From Camelus dromedarius (taxonomy: Eukaryota): DNA of 64,000 nucleotides. This document shows, piece after piece, positions 25,079-39,372 of this stretch. Made by a program: the position numbers and the translations under genes. The notes under the pieces are model-generated. The model was not told the origin of the DNA. It saw only the letters and a program-made list of their open reading frames with translations, and ran no database searches. The stretch's first letter is position 1; the number at the start of each line of letters is the position of its first letter. The stretch spans positions 89,468,001 through 89,532,000 of the forward strand of contig NC_087436.1 of NCBI RefSeq assembly GCF_036321535.1, in the 5' to 3' direction.

Positions 25079-28000
25079 CTGTCTAGTTCTGGATCTCAGT
25101 GTCAGTAAACCTGCAGTTATAAGCCACAGCCTCCCGTATCTTCTCTAGCGGTTCAGAGGAAATTGTTTTTTGTTTTCCTGCTCCTTTTCTTGTTGTATTT
25201 CTCTCAGGGGAAAAGAGAGATGTTACTTATGGGACCCTCCTCACACCCAGACATCTAGCAAATAGAGAATAAAGGGAAAACGAAAAAGCGGAATTCCTTT
25301 CGTTTCGTTCCTGTCGTGGAGTGTTTGTGGAGTAAAGCTTCTGGCGTGGCTAAAGTGAAAGCTGTGAAGCTTTGACAGTATTGGTCTAGGCCTGACCACG
25401 TATTTTCAGCTGTAGTGGGTTGTTGCAGCTTATGGCAGTTTCGTCCATAGGAGAGTGGCTATTTTTGTATAAACAAACGCCCGTTTTTATAGACGCTAGT
25501 CTGTGTGCTTTGGGCTGTCAGCAAAGGCAGGCAAGCTTTGAGCAAGCAGACTCTGACCAGGACTGCTGAGTCTTCCTTATTAAATGTGTCGTAGCCAAAT
25601 AGTTGCTGCTGCTGGACCTTAAACTCTGCATACGTGATTTTTTTTCTAAGTAGCCTTATCTGAGTCTCAAGGTTTTGATTCTAGAGACTCTTTTCATGTA
25701 CCAGCCTTTTTTAGGTCTCAAAGTGTTTCCGCTGTCTCCAGCAGTACCTGCAGGACATATTTAGTGCCAGGTTTAGGTTGTTGGCAGAGAAAGTCTGCTG
25801 AAATTCTGATTATCTTTGAAATTGTTTTGATTCCCCTTCAGAGTCAAGAGAAAATGTTGGAGGGACAAATCTCAGAGTCATGTGACTTGTTTGTACCTTT
25901 AAAAGTTGCTCCTTCCTCTTGATCTCAGGTGGCTCTGAATTTGATAATTTCATATGTTCTGACGGTGACTGTTCACTGCCCAGATTCAAACTGTGACTCC
26001 ATCCATGATCAAATGGATAATGGATATCAAATTTACCCTTACTATTAAGAGCATATACTTTCATCTTTAATTTAGAATGAGAAATAACTCAAAAAAATTA
26101 TTGCAAAAACAGTTGGTAGGAAAGCAAGTCAGAAAGGCTTGTGTTTGGAATGCTCTGGTTCTAATAATTGATTTTGCTTAGGAGTTTAAGGTATTAGAGT
26201 AATTTAAAACTTGTGCTTCAGCTTAATATAGAACAATGGGAAAATAGAAACAGAGGAAAAAAATAGGCTGGAGGAAAATAAAACTTTTTTAGAAGAAAAC
26301 TTGAGAAATTAGGGGATGAAATCACAAAGGTGACATGGAAAATAACCCTTTGAAGTTCAAGTAGACATAAGAGAGTAGTGGAGATTCAAGGGGATCTAAA
26401 TGCTATACAACAGAGTATTGGAAAAGAGAGGTGTTTAGTTGTTATTAGATTGAAATAGGGTCCCAGGTCCCAAATTAATCAAAAAGAGAAAGAGGCAAGA
26501 TCTCAAAGGGAATGACTACCTCAAAGAGAGTCAAGAAACAGGAAACTATTGAGAGGTCACAGATGAGGAATGATGTAAAATGAACTAGAACAGCATTTTA
26601 AAGATTGAGGAATACTAGGAAGATCTGTAGAGTACACAAGTATCATTAGGTGATTTTTCAGGTAATATAGTCCTTGTAGGTTTGTAGAGAGGTATATAGT
26701 TTATGCTTAAGGAACGTGCCCAAACATTAGGACTCAAGACAAGTCTCAGCAAGATAAAGCATACTGAAAGGAGCAAGGTGAGATCATAAGTTCAGTTTAA
26801 GCTTGAAGGGACTTAATGCCTGTCTGACGGGAGAAATTTTTTTTGTGGAATTATCCATCTCAGGGAAGTGGAGGAGGAGAGATTTGTTTAAATAGTAGAT
26901 ACTTTTAGTTAACTCAGAATTTAGTGATTTCATCATTGATGGTAGGAATGATTCTGGAATTCAAGAAATAGAGGGAAAAATTAGGGGGGAAAAAAAACCC
27001 CAAAACCCCTGATGTCTAGAAAAGATGAAAAGGAAGGCAAGTATTTATTTCCAACAAGCAGGGATAATAACTCTATGTTTTGGAGAAGAGACCAAATTAA
27101 TAAGAAACTCAACTTCCTAAACAGATTGAATGCTTAAAAAATTAAAATTTTCTGAAAGATGTAGGAGAAGGGTAGAAGAAAATAAAAACTAGAGGCACAT
27201 TTCATTGCTGCAGAAAAATATGTAGCAGGAGAAAATGCTACTCAAGGTCTGAACAGTTCAGTGATGAAAGACACTGTCTACAGGAGCTTATGGAAGCAGT
27301 ATTAGTTCTCAGTGGGCTCCTAGGGGCTCAGGCTGCAGGAGCGTCAGTGGTAGCTTCAGTTCAGGAATCTGTTGAGAGTGATTTTTCCAGCCGAAACAAA
27401 TGAAATAAGAAAAGCCCTCCTTGAGAGGCAGGTTTCACCAACTTAGCAATTCCATCACAAGAGGCAGTGCGAGGAGCCACTGTGGAATAGGATTGAAAAT
27501 ATCTGCTTCCTGGAGACAGGAGGCCTTGTTTCATAAGAGAGTCTCCACTTCCAGCTGTACCGGAGCGCCAGGAACTGGGAGTTAAAGGAGGGAATGGAAA
27601 TGAAGAGGTTTTTTAAATATGTTGCAGAGGAAAGAAATTGTACTTCAAACAAAATCTGGTGATCCTGAATGCAGACTTTTAAACTTTTCTGAATAGTGGA
27701 AATATCTCAAATGTCATTGTTTAAGAGAGGCAACAGTAAGCTAAGTGTGTTTTGCTCGCAGATACGATAAATTCAAAGTGTCAGAATTAATGTATTAATA
27801 AAAGTTTTCTGGAATCTGTGCTACTCACACAAACTGACAAGCATCCTGATGAAACTGAAACCAAGAAAATTTCCAGGCCCTCTTCTCCCTTTAGGTAACA
27901 TTCAGTTCTGGTTTCTAAGAACACAATGTTATGGGAGATACCTATTCTAGAATCTGGGAATGTCTTGTATTTAAATATCATGGGTATAGGGCCAGTTTTA

Positions 28001-28399
28001 AGTTTACATATTAATTACTATTGTTTTTGAGCCATACATCCAAAACTCCAAAGCTAATATTTCAAGAACAAATGTGATATTAAAAAATATACATTGATAA
28101 ATCTTATACCCCTAAGTTTTATTTATTTACTTATTTTACCTATTGTTTAACAAACACTTCTATATATGTCCAATACTATCCTATGTACTTTGCGAGCGTA
28201 AACTCAATTTATTTTGTGTATGAACTCTGTGAGGTAAGAATTCCTATAATTCCCAATTTGTAGATAGGATCAAAAAGTTTAATGAACTTTAAGTGGTAGA
28301 GATAGATCCAGGCAGTCTGGCTTGAGTTAGACAAGTGAGGTAAACTCTTCAGCAGATTCTATGTTATGTATGCCTCCTGTGTCATTTAAAAAATTCAAA

Positions 28400-29380
28400 T
28401 GCATGCAAATATGAATATATGTTCTTAATTTTTTCTTTTCACTACAAAAAAAATCAAACTTTGTGCACTATTCTGCACCTTGTTTTTTTCTCTTAGCACA
28501 TACTCTGGAACTATTTCCATGTCAGCGTGTCAGGAGTTTCTCATACCTTCTCATTATATAAAGTATTAATACTGACGTAGTATTAATTTTTTTATGTGAA
28601 CATATCATAGCCTATTTAAATAGTCCCTTGTTGATGGACATCTGGGTGATTTACATTCTTTTATAATTAAAATAGTAGTGTGGTAATAAACTTCTGTGCT
28701 TGTCATTTTTGGCAGATGTATCTGTAGAAAAAATTCTGAGAAGTTGAATTGCTGGATCAAAAGATAAATGCGTATGTAGTATTGTTTATATATTGCCAAA
28801 TTCCATAAGTCTTTTACCATTTTGCGTTCTGCTTGCAATGCACTTCATCATAGCCTCATCAGCAGAGTATTATGAAATGTTTAGATTTTTACTGGCTTGA
28901 TAGGTAAAAAATATTATTATTATTTATTATTTAGTAATAAGATACAAATGAATTGAATATCTTTCCATTTGTTTAAGGGACGTTTGGATTTTTTTTTTGC
29001 TGTGAACTAACTGGCTCTCATTTGCTCATTTTCTAGGGCGCTTTTAGTGTTTTGTTTCTGTTAGGTATCTAGCTGCTTCTTTTATATGAGGGACATGGGC
29101 CTTTTGTTTGTGATGAGAGTTTCAAGTTTTTCTTCCCATACCAGTCATTTGTCTTTTAGCCCTGCCTATTTTTTAATGTAGTAAAATATATCAGTATTTT
29201 CTTTTATGAGTTTTGAGTCATATTTAGATTTTCTCCAAGTTTATAAAGGAATTTTTTCCTTTTAGTACTTTCATGGTTGCATTTTTTTTTCCTTTATACA
29301 TTTAAATCTTTGATTCCTTTTTAGTTTATCAGTGGTCATGGAGTATGATATAGATTCAACTTTATCCTTTTCCAGATGAG
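28400..29380 (-). mobile_element. ancient L1 (L1MC/L1ME-like) fragment
   Basis: tcccttgttgatggacatctgggtg...gaagttgaattgctggatcaaaag. The minus ORF ends KECKSPRCPSTRDYLNRL, a decayed ORF2 C-terminus. Confidence 0.65.
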
Positions 29381-31674
29381 TATTCTTTGGACTCTTTAGT
29401 CCAAATGTAGTTAGTAAAAACCTGACTTTGACGTGATACAGTTTATGAATTCCTGAAGGAACTATACCCATTTCAGGCATTGAGAATGCCTCTGACTGAG
29501 GAAGTAGAAGACGTTTGTCAACATCTGGATACCCAAAGTCATAGGTAGGATAGGTAACTCACTGGTGGGAGCGGGAATGTCTTTATAGGCTACGGATTCC
29601 TTTCTCTGGGGGGAAGCCACTCCCCTGGCTGAGCTGAAGCTTAATGATTAAGCCCAGTGGTTTAGGAGAGCAGAATGCTGGAGAATATTGGTGTACGAGA
29701 GGGATTGTAGAATGCTTCCTCCTCACTTCTGATATTTCTTTATGTGTAAAATCCATTGTTATAACATGTCTGGCCACTCAACCTAACTTCTACCTAAGTA
29801 GTTCAGGGAGTTACTGATTTTTGAATTGAGAAGAAGAAACGAGGAGCCCCTATTTCTCCCCCTTGGGGTTGAACTGTCCTCAGGAAGCTGCTCTGTTCTC
29901 CCATTTTACAAGAGGGGAAGAAGGACTGTCCCCTTACCATCTTGCTAAGGTTAAAAGGGAAACTGCGTAATTTCAGATTCAGTACTAGAAAATACGTTAA
30001 TAGATAAACCACACTTTCCACTGTCTGCTTTAATCAGACACATAGGTAATGTTTGGATCTCCTAATAGGGCAACTAATATGTATCTCATAATTCTTCAAT
30101 AATTGGGTAGGAGTGCCAGTTATTGACCTTCTTCACTTCCAACTCCATCAAGGTGAGTTGGAGAGGACAATAGGGTGATTGAACTGAATCTAGCATTCAG
30201 ATGCTAGACTATATGTCATAACTGAGGTGGGAATCAAATCAGTGAGGACATCACCATTCAGTACATTCAATACATGTTCCAATAGCAATCTATTTTTAAT
30301 GGCTGTGTGGAAGGAATATACAAGTTATAGCTCCACAAGGTATCTTCAGAAAAATGAGCAAAGATCACATGCATACCACCCCTGATGCCTTAATGTACAT
30401 AGACTTTTTCTCAAACCAGAGGCAGAAATTACAGGAAAGTCTAAATTTAAAAACCAAGATTGAAATTTTGTGTAAGGCAAAGTTATTAGAAGCAGAAATA
30501 GTGAGATGTAGAAATAAAGTTAATTATATATTGTACACCTGAGTTTTTAGAACTGCCAAGACTGTAAAGTTCACATCATGTTAGGGTTTGGGTTTTTAAT
30601 ACTCATCTTTATTAATTTTAGTCTGAATGAGCACTTGGATGTTTTGGATCAATGATAGGTTTTTATTTATAGTAAAAGCACCATCCTTATTCCAGCCCCT
30701 GGCCTTACATTTGTGGTGACACAGCGAGAGCCTGTACTCTCTACTCAAGTAGCCAAACTGTCTGACCATTGGCAAAGAACGTGAAAAAAACTTTTTTTTC
30801 TCTACTTACCAAGAAGTAAGGAAGTAGCTGTCTTGCTTCTCTCCTGAAAGAGTCTCCTTGGAAACATGATGCCCTGTTTCATAACCAGAATACTTTGGGA
30901 TGTAAATAAAATCTCCCCAGAAGTCAGACAGCCTTGTGTATCTCAGACTGAGAGATACCTCTAAGTCCTGGGTCTCATTCCTCCTTGAAATGTAAGTACC
31001 TAGGAATAGTCCCCTCGGTACTTTCACCCAGTGCTTAGGTACCTATCTTAGGATGTAACTTTTTGGCTTTGGAGGAGATAAGTTTCATTATCCTTTTGTA
31101 TCAGAGCAATTTAGTACCATCATTAGGGAAACAAATGGCTACAGATTTAATCCTATGATAGATGAAAATGTTTCTAAGATAAATGAAAGAAAAGATTCTG
31201 TAACTTCTTAGTGAATAAATTTCCATGTTGCAGGAAGCTTGGACTTTTTATAGGAACAATGAAAAATCTGGGAATGTTTTATTTCTCCACACATTCATTA
31301 CATAATTTTTCTGTCATTTCTGCTGTGTAAAGATGTTCATAGTCTACTCGATGCATAACAAATCCTTCACAAATGATAGCTATTATAATAATTATTATGC
31401 TTATTATTTTAAGATCTTAAAGATGCCTATATCCATGTTGCAGAAGGAACTATTAAAATGGAAATTACTTTTAAATTAATTTATTTCACTTATAAAATGA
31501 ATTTGTGGTTGAAATTTAGATTGGATGGTGTCTGTCATGAGCCTGGAAGTCTGCAGAGAGGAATCTACATTTCCCTCATGGAAGGCCACTGTTTGGTTCA
31601 CAAATCACTTTCTCTCCCTCCTTGGTGAAAAAGTACCCCCACCCACCACAAACGCATACGCACCTGTTCAGATG

Positions 31675-31676
<2 letters not shown>

Positions 31677-31718
<42 letters not shown>
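31677..31718. repeat. (AC)21 microsatellite
   Basis: Perfect AC run. Confidence 0.95.
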
Positions 31719-31720
<2 letters not shown>

Positions 31721-32329
31721 TTGCTAGTTTCCTGGGAGTGCACTTAGGTTTCTGTTCTCTCCACAGCTTTATCACAGTGAATTTTATGCATTCTAAGTCA
31801 CCAAGACTTTGTTTCCCTACTAGTAGCTAAATCCAATAGTTGGGAGATTATCTCTTATTCACTTGCCTTTCTTAATTCATCTTTTAGATTCTGGTTATAA
31901 GGATTCAAATTCATCTTATCCTTGTCTAATACCATGACAATTTTTCAAATAGATAAGGTATCATAATACCTAGCAAGAAAGACAAAGCTACTTCAGGTGA
32001 AGTGGAATATAGGATATTGTACAGTGATATAGTTGAAAAAGGAGAAGGATTAATACAGGTTGGAGGATTGACACTATTTAGTGGAAGAGTTGGTACATGA
32101 TTTAGACCTTGCTTTTTTATAAGAAGTAAAGAAAGAAGACAGCATACCAGGTATGGAAATGAATATAAACTAAGACCATTTCTTGAGGACATAATTTTTT
32201 TCTCCAAGTATAGAGAAATAAAGCAATAAATGAAAAATGGTGAGCAACCCTTTTTTGTGTGTGTTTTTACAGTATTTTTTACAGTACACTGTGATTCACT
32301 GATTACATCTATGATTAAAGAATGGAAGG

Positions 32330-32990
32330 AGATATGTTGTTAACAATGAACCTATCAGGTTAGACTGGAGAGTTTAAGATAGATGCTATGAGTAATGTAG
32401 GCTCAAGAGAGATTTTAAACCAGAAAGTGAAAGAATGAAAACCAGTACTTTAGGAAAGCTGGTCTTTGGTAAATTGAATGGAGAGAGACTTGAGTTGGGA
32501 AGACCAATTAGGGAAATACTGGAATAATCTAAACAATAAATCATGATAACATTTAATTTAATTTTGGCTTTTTGAACACAGAATTCAAAAGAAGAATCAG
32601 CAGTTCTTCTAGACAATTTATGAATGGGAGGAAAGAGGTAAATCAGAGGTAACTTCAAGATTTGGGGGGAAAAAGTATATAAATTTAGACAGAAAAGTGG
32701 CAAATTTGTCTTTCTGCATATTTGAATGTTGGCCAGTGGCTATATAGGAGAAAAATCCTTATATAGACATTGCACATATGTTACTGAAATTCTAGGCAAG
32801 AGATAAAGGTTTAGATTTCACCAACCTAAAGGTAATAGCAGTTGTGAGAGTGAGTAAGCCTTCTGAGTTGTAAGGCTAAAGAGTATATCTTAGAATAATA
32901 GCTCATAGATGGTTAGGAGGAAAAACAGAGAGGTGAAGGTCAAAGAATATGGCCAGTATAGTTAGAGAAGTTTAAAAAATTGTGATGTCA
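32330..32990 (-). mobile_element. L2 fragment
   Basis: Purine-rich decayed L2 motifs (gagagagacttgagttgggaagaccaattaggg...ggaataatcta). Confidence 0.45.
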
Positions 32991-33068
32991 AGTTAATGTG
33001 TTGTTGTGTGCTGTTCTTTGCCTGTCTGTAACTAGTATTTTGGCTGGATGGGCCTTTGTGGTTATTAT

Positions 33069-33525
33069 TGTGATTGCAAGATATCTTCAGCAATAACTCA
33101 GGAAACTGAAAAAACAGGTTTATTACTTTCAGGTCTTGGAAATTACATGCACACCTGGGTTACACAGTGAGGGTATGGTATGAGAGAGGGAAAGAACATG
33201 GGTTTGGGATTCTGCTGTTACTGGGGTGGAGGGTGGGTGCCTAGGGTTTTGTAGGCTCACTCTTTAGCGCTGAATTTTAATATAAGAGCAGGAGTTTAAA
33301 GTACAGGAAGAGAGAAAAAAAAAAAAAAAGAGGCCCAAATGGTCAATTATCCAAATCAATGGAGATCTTCAAAACAAAGGCGCCTGCAGTGAGGCCTGGC
33401 TCTTTATCTGGTAATGTGGCTGGCGGTGTGGGTGTAAAGTGGAAGGCAATATCCGTCTACGAAGAGGATGCCTTTTTGAAGTAGAAGCAAGGGCAGCCAA
33501 GCCTAAGGCAGGCACCTGTGTTACA
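33069..33525 (-). mobile_element. possible ERV1-class solo LTR
   Basis: TG...CA bounded segment of about 457 bp with minus-strand AATAAA (tttatt near 33119) about 50 bp from its 3' end. No clear TSD. Confidence 0.4.
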
Positions 33526-33869
33526 AAAAAGAGAAAACTGTCAGGCTTATACTCCATGTGATGAGCTATATCAAATTTTGATGTGAAGTGAAAGAAAATG
33601 AGGTCTGAGAAATCCTAATTAATCTTCTGGTTTAAAGTCTTACCCAAGATGAGGTGAGTATGAAATGAGGAGGCCTGAACTCTTATACCTATGCAAACTT
33701 GCACCACCTCCATTATTGCAAAATGATTTGTCAGAGAACTTGTGAATGAGCTATTGAGTTTGAGCAGTGGAGAGGGAAGAAGGGGAGCAGTGTGGGTGGT
33801 AAGAGGAGGGCAGTGTTGAGTTGGCAGCCATAGAGGTTATCCTGAAGGGTGCTTGAGAAAACAGAAAAC

Positions 33870-34056
33870 TGTAGGAGAGGAAAAATAATTTCCATCTACA
33901 CCTCTACGTTCTTGGCTGAGACACCCTCCATGAAAAAAGAGAGATTAACAGGAGAAAAACAAATTTAATTTAATTTTGTACATATACGCCCCAAAGATAT
34001 GAAACCCAAAGAATTGACCAAAGCAGGCAGCTTTTCTACCTGTTAGACACAGAAAA
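33870..34056 (-). mobile_element. outer ERV1 (MER34/MER4-group-like) solo LTR, left part
   Basis: Begins tgtaggagaggaaaaataatttcc...gagattaacaggagaaaaacaaattta and breaks off at the inner LTR. Continues at 41506. Confidence 0.6.
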
Positions 34057-34502
34057 TGGACTGAAATAAAAACGCACAACATAAAAGTTGTGAGTTACTT
34101 TTTATTCAGGTTCGTTCCTGAGGACTACAGCTTGGGAGACAGCCTCTCAGATAGCTGTGAAGAGGTAAGGGAGGGGCCAAGATATATATGAACTTTTTTT
34201 TTTTTTGAGAAAAACATGTATTCAAGCATTAAAAGATAAGTGCTAGTCACAAGGAACAGACATCTCAAGTTGATGATTTTAGTGCTTTTCTATGTATGGG
34301 TAAATGCAAGAATATCGAGTCATTGAAATTTTTCCTTAGATGTGTATCTTAACTCTGTAGGGACTGGCATATCCAAAGCACAGAATGTGTCCTGCTTTTC
34401 TCCATCCTGAATTTCCCTCAGGGTGAGCTGTCAGTGGGCACTGCAGTGGCTAATGGCTTAATCCTGTGGAACTGGAATGGCAGGCAACACCTTTTCTTTA
34501 CA
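34057..34502 (-). repeat. 3' LTR of the provirus
   Basis: Homologous to 41035-41505. On the minus strand it is preceded by PPT-like acagggggcat|TGTAAAG. Confidence 0.85.
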
Positions 34503-36748
34503 ATGCCCCCTGTTGGTCATAAATTTGACCAAGGTTTGGGGAGCATTTCATGATTATAATTTGTCTCAGGGCCCTAGTAACACTCCTAAGTTAGGGGAAG
34601 ATCTTGTGATAGGTTATTCATGTGCTGTATCCCGATTAGACCCTGTTAATAACCAAAAGTTCTCTAGGACACCTGTCTTACTAGTCCATTATGATCCAGG
34701 AGATGTTTTCCCTTGTTGCTTCTTCCCATATCTAGAGTTGTACTACTACAATTAATTTTATATAGAGCCGTATATGTGATCAGTTGCCTCAAGATGTTTA
34801 GCCAGCATTAATTTTGTGGGAGGTCTGGTTACACATCAGGTAATCCAAGAGACAGCAATCTTATAAAACAGACAAGATATAAGTGATATAGCTAGTAACA
34901 CTGATAAGGTCATAGTACAGCAGAGAGAGAGACAAAGCATAAACAGTTTAAAAACAATAAAGAGAATAAATTAAAACAATGATTAGTATAACTGGTTGCA
35001 ATCTGAATTTCGGTAAGTCATCAAGGCTAGAGGGGAGCCAGCTGGAGAAGCCAAATTCTGGAGGGCTCAGGTAGAGAGAAAAAGATAAATGTTTCATCTT
35101 CATTTATAAAGGTATACATTATCGACTTGCTGTAGGTCATAGTGTAAGAGGAACAATTTTCTGGAAAACAGAGATTAAGGGCCAGTAATATTTCAGATTA
35201 AAAAGTTGTAAAATTATAAATCATATTTATAAATTCATTCAGTCCATATAATTAATTTTTATTGGTCTAGTTGAAGCCATCAGGTTTTCCATTAGAGTTG
35301 TAGAATTTCTTACCCAGTTCAGTGATGATCTAAAAATCATCACAAACCTGTATTTGTTAAAAAATCCTTTTTATGAATCTTTTTATGAAGATCTTCATTT
35401 TTGTAAAAGCATCAGAGTAAAACAATAACTATCTGTAAATGATGAAAGACTTCAAATAGCATGGTTAAAGATCTGCAATTACAATGCAATTGACAAACAT
35501 TTCTGTGGCATACAGCATTTTTAAGATAATAACTATAGTTATGACTGATAATATATCAGGACATATCAGATTTTTAGGAATTCCATATAATTTCTAGGAT
35601 ATCTATATATTTTTACCTATATATCTTTACCCATACAGTATAACCTAAGAAGATTTATTACCATTTATTTGACAATGTTTCCCATGTAATTTAACATATC
35701 AAATAAACCTACTTAGTTTAATGTCTCTCTTTGGGATGTATAAGGGGCCCTCTGAAGCATTCTAAAGTTAGCTAGAGGTCAAAAGATCTTCATTTAGGAT
35801 TTGATTTGAGGAATTTTGTCAAAGATATGAAAAGGTTTTAAAATACTTGGTCAATTGGGATCATAGGTCAATGTGAAAAAAATGCTTATTTGCTCAACCA
35901 AAGTGACAATAAAAGATTTTAAAGATAAATACAGAAAGTTACAACAGCTTACTTGAGGTTAAAAAAAAACTTTACAATCTGTTACCAAAAGCAAATCAAT
36001 ATTCCCAGAAAATTGCTCTCTTAACACAAATTCTAGTTTTGCACCAGATCACTTTTAATATTAAAATTTATTTACTGAATTAAATTCTGTTCTAATCTTA
36101 GTCAGTCCTGACCATGCACAAAACTCTTCTCAGAGTCCCTTTCCCACAAACTTTCTATAATTTTTTTTTTAACTTTGGATTTTGTCCTATGCTTTCCTTT
36201 CTTTTCCTCTCTCCAGGACAAAATTATTTTCTTTTCCCTTAAAAAATGTGTTTCCATTCCTTATATCTTTCGTCCTTTCATACACATATGTTTCATTAGT
36301 AATGCTGGTAGTTTTAACTACATATATTAATTGGAATTCTTAGCTTTTAAAAACCTTAGTTTCTAGTGAAAATGAAGAAGTAAACATTTATGAACTGTTT
36401 TTTACGTTAGCATTCTGTACATTGATAAACTTATAAATACTGTTTATAATTTCTAAAATGTGCTTTTTTAATGAAAAATTTTCAGTGTGGCACCAAACAT
36501 TCTTATTAATAGTCCTGAATATCATTTGTTTCTCTCTAAAAGGAAGCCTGTGTTTAGTAGTTAATGTATCAGTATCTTATTTTATTTTAGAATGATCTAA
36601 ATATTTAATAAATTCCCATCATTTAACTTAAATTAGCAGAACTCCAAAGTTTCAAGTTACCAAAACTCTGGAGAAATTATCATGCTATAAGACATAATTA
36701 TTCTTAACAAGTTAATCTAAAAGCTTCTACCCCATTTATATCTTATTT

Positions 36749-37213
36749 TGTTATGGAAACGACAGGCCAGCCAAGAAACAAGCACCACTCGGAGGGTAGG
36801 AGTACTCAGATGTATTATGCCGGCGGGCTCAGAGGGGCTTCTGCTCCGAAGCTCTGAGCACCTCCAAGACGTGCGCATGAGGTTTTATGGGGTAAAGTAC
36901 AAGCTTGGGGTATTTGGCCAATAGGCATGGAACAGCTTTAGCAGCATCATTATTACAAAAGTGGAGGCAGGGAGGCAGCAAAGCAACATTCCAAAGCCAG
37001 ATATATATCTTTGAAAATCCAGCTGGCTAGCAAAAAAACATGAACAGCAAACCAACACTAATTAACTTAGATTTACAAGTTAGTCCAGCAGAACTCAGAT
37101 CAGTATTCCCATACTTAGATTTGTGAGTTATCTTGTTAGCCCAGCCCAACCTCTCCTTTACATTCCTAGACTTGTGAGTTATCTTGTTAGACCAGCCTGG
37201 CTTTTCCTTCACA
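36749..37213 (-). mobile_element. young solo LTR nested in the provirus
   Basis: TG...CA ends, perfect 4-bp TSD ATTT (36745-36748 / 37214-37217), retained CpGs, and a 19-bp internal direct repeat (37121-37139 / 37172-37190). Confidence 0.85.
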
Positions 37214-39372
37214 ATTTATTCACTTGTTCCCAACAATTATGTTTAGATTACACATGAAAATTTTGTGATACCTTAGACCAAGTCAGCTGTCATTCCAAGC
37301 TATTTTTTTGCTGATAAATTTTGTAACAGAGATAACATAACCTTATTTGATTTTAGTGAACCCAGATACAATAAAAGTAAGACATGTTTTTATTAATTAA
37401 ACCAACAAACTTAAACTTTCACACCAAATATTAATTTAATATTGAATATTTCCCAGATCATGTGAACTTGAAATTCATTTGGGTTAGTTTCTATTACATT
37501 TAGAAGTATTTAATTTATAAGTGCTTTTAAGTTAATTCAATAGAGCTCTATTATAAATTAATTTTCATAATACTATCCAGAAGTAAAAAGATTCTTTATA
37601 ATGTACACATAGACATATAAATGGACCTGACTAGAGATTTCATAGCTTCGTTTTAAAACTTAGTCATGAATCAGGTATTACAATTACAGTATAAACTTAC
37701 TAGTTTATAAATATAAATAACAATTGGAATAAGTTATGTTTGTTTGCTCAGATGACTAAGGCTTTTTCCCATTTGTGGAAAAGACTTTTAGGATTTGTAT
37801 TTGTCGCTGATAAATTCTTGAGTAAGCTGTGTATTAGATTTGGGCAAGGGAGACTTTCCAGTAATTTGTACTTGTAAAAAAAATCTCTTTCGCTCTTTTT
37901 TCCCTTTGGTTTCAGGTTCTACCTGATTGAGTTAAGTAGGCTCAATCTCAGGTCTTTGGGGCTTGGATTTACATTTCTTATTTGTAGAGATTTGCAAGAC
38001 AAAGACAGTTGCTTTTAATTCCCCAAAGAACTGATTTGCCATCTAAATGATATAAAAAAAATTGATTTACCCAACTACATTTTCTTTAATTGGCTTCTTT
38101 ATATCAGTGAGAATATTTGCAATTAAACTGAAAATCAAGATTTCTATGTTTTAGAACTTTAGAGTCCAGTTTATCATGTCTTCAAAAGTTTGCACATGGC
38201 ATTCAACAGAGGTCCTCTTTATGAGCATACAAGTTAAACCCAGAACAATTCACCCCTGAGCCAAAAAACAAAAAACAAAAAAACTTCCATTATTACCTTT
38301 ATAAGTCCCTGAATATTAGCCCCCAGGTTTTACTTCTTATTGTGTGGGCTCAAGTAATCCTACTGGTTTCCTTTAGTATGTTTAATTAATTTTGCCTGAG
38401 GGGCAGATTTATATGCCCTGTCTTATAATTCCAGGCATGGGAGCATTCCCCAGTGAGACTTAGTCTGTCCCACGATATAATTAGGCCAAAGAGATTTAAC
38501 CATCTTATATAAAACCCATTAAAATACACCAAGTTTTATAAACTTCTATCTCAATTCTGTCAACTCTTACAGCTTAATTGTAGCCTCCAATTGGACCCGG
38601 TCGGTAAGTCTTGTTCTTTCAAGGAGTCTCAGAAACTTTCCTTTTTATCCCTGGGTCATTTTACCTATTTTTGTATATAAGACATTGGGGTCCTAAATGA
38701 GGGGTCAAGCCAGGAATCCAGGCCTGTTGTCAATCTTTAACTTGATTAATTGGCCTAACTGTTGCACCAAGCAATTGCTGGTCAGATATCTTAGTGTAAC
38801 TTTTTCTTCTAGCCTTTTACATTTTTTCTAAACTGAGGTAAATAGAGTGGATTTGTTTGGGACCCTTCAGTATTGGGAAGCAAAAGGCAGTCTCTTTGGC
38901 CATTCAGCCTTAGGTAGTGTTGCAGCACAACATTTGTTTTAATCCCATCAGTGTCCATTTTATTTATCTCATTTTTTAATAACCATCAAAAGATTTTCAT
39001 TCTGTTGGGATGAGTCCTTTTAACATTTCCAACTTTTGGGGAAGAAATTACTTGACTTTCCCCTCAGTTTGCTCTTACTCCTTTTTTAATTATCCTAATC
39101 AACATTAATTAATAATGTTTTTATTAATATCTGTAACACCTAGTGAAGGGAAGCTGAGACCACAAATGAGGCTTCCCAAACCGTTTTTTTGTTTGTTTCA
39201 TTTGTTTTAAAATAAGGGAGTTTTTAAGGTTAGCCATTACATTTATTTGTATACACCTTTTTCTCATAGGTACCAATAAAACAGCTGTTTATAATGAGAT
39301 CTCTAGAAATTTACCAGTTTAGTAGTTCTAATTCAAAGGATCCATCCTCTGGCCATTGAGGATTAGTATCTT

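Noticed and set aside
27440..27640. ETS-motif-rich, slightly GC-rich patch as an enhancer
   Set aside because: Short motifs only. It cannot be supported without conservation or chromatin data.
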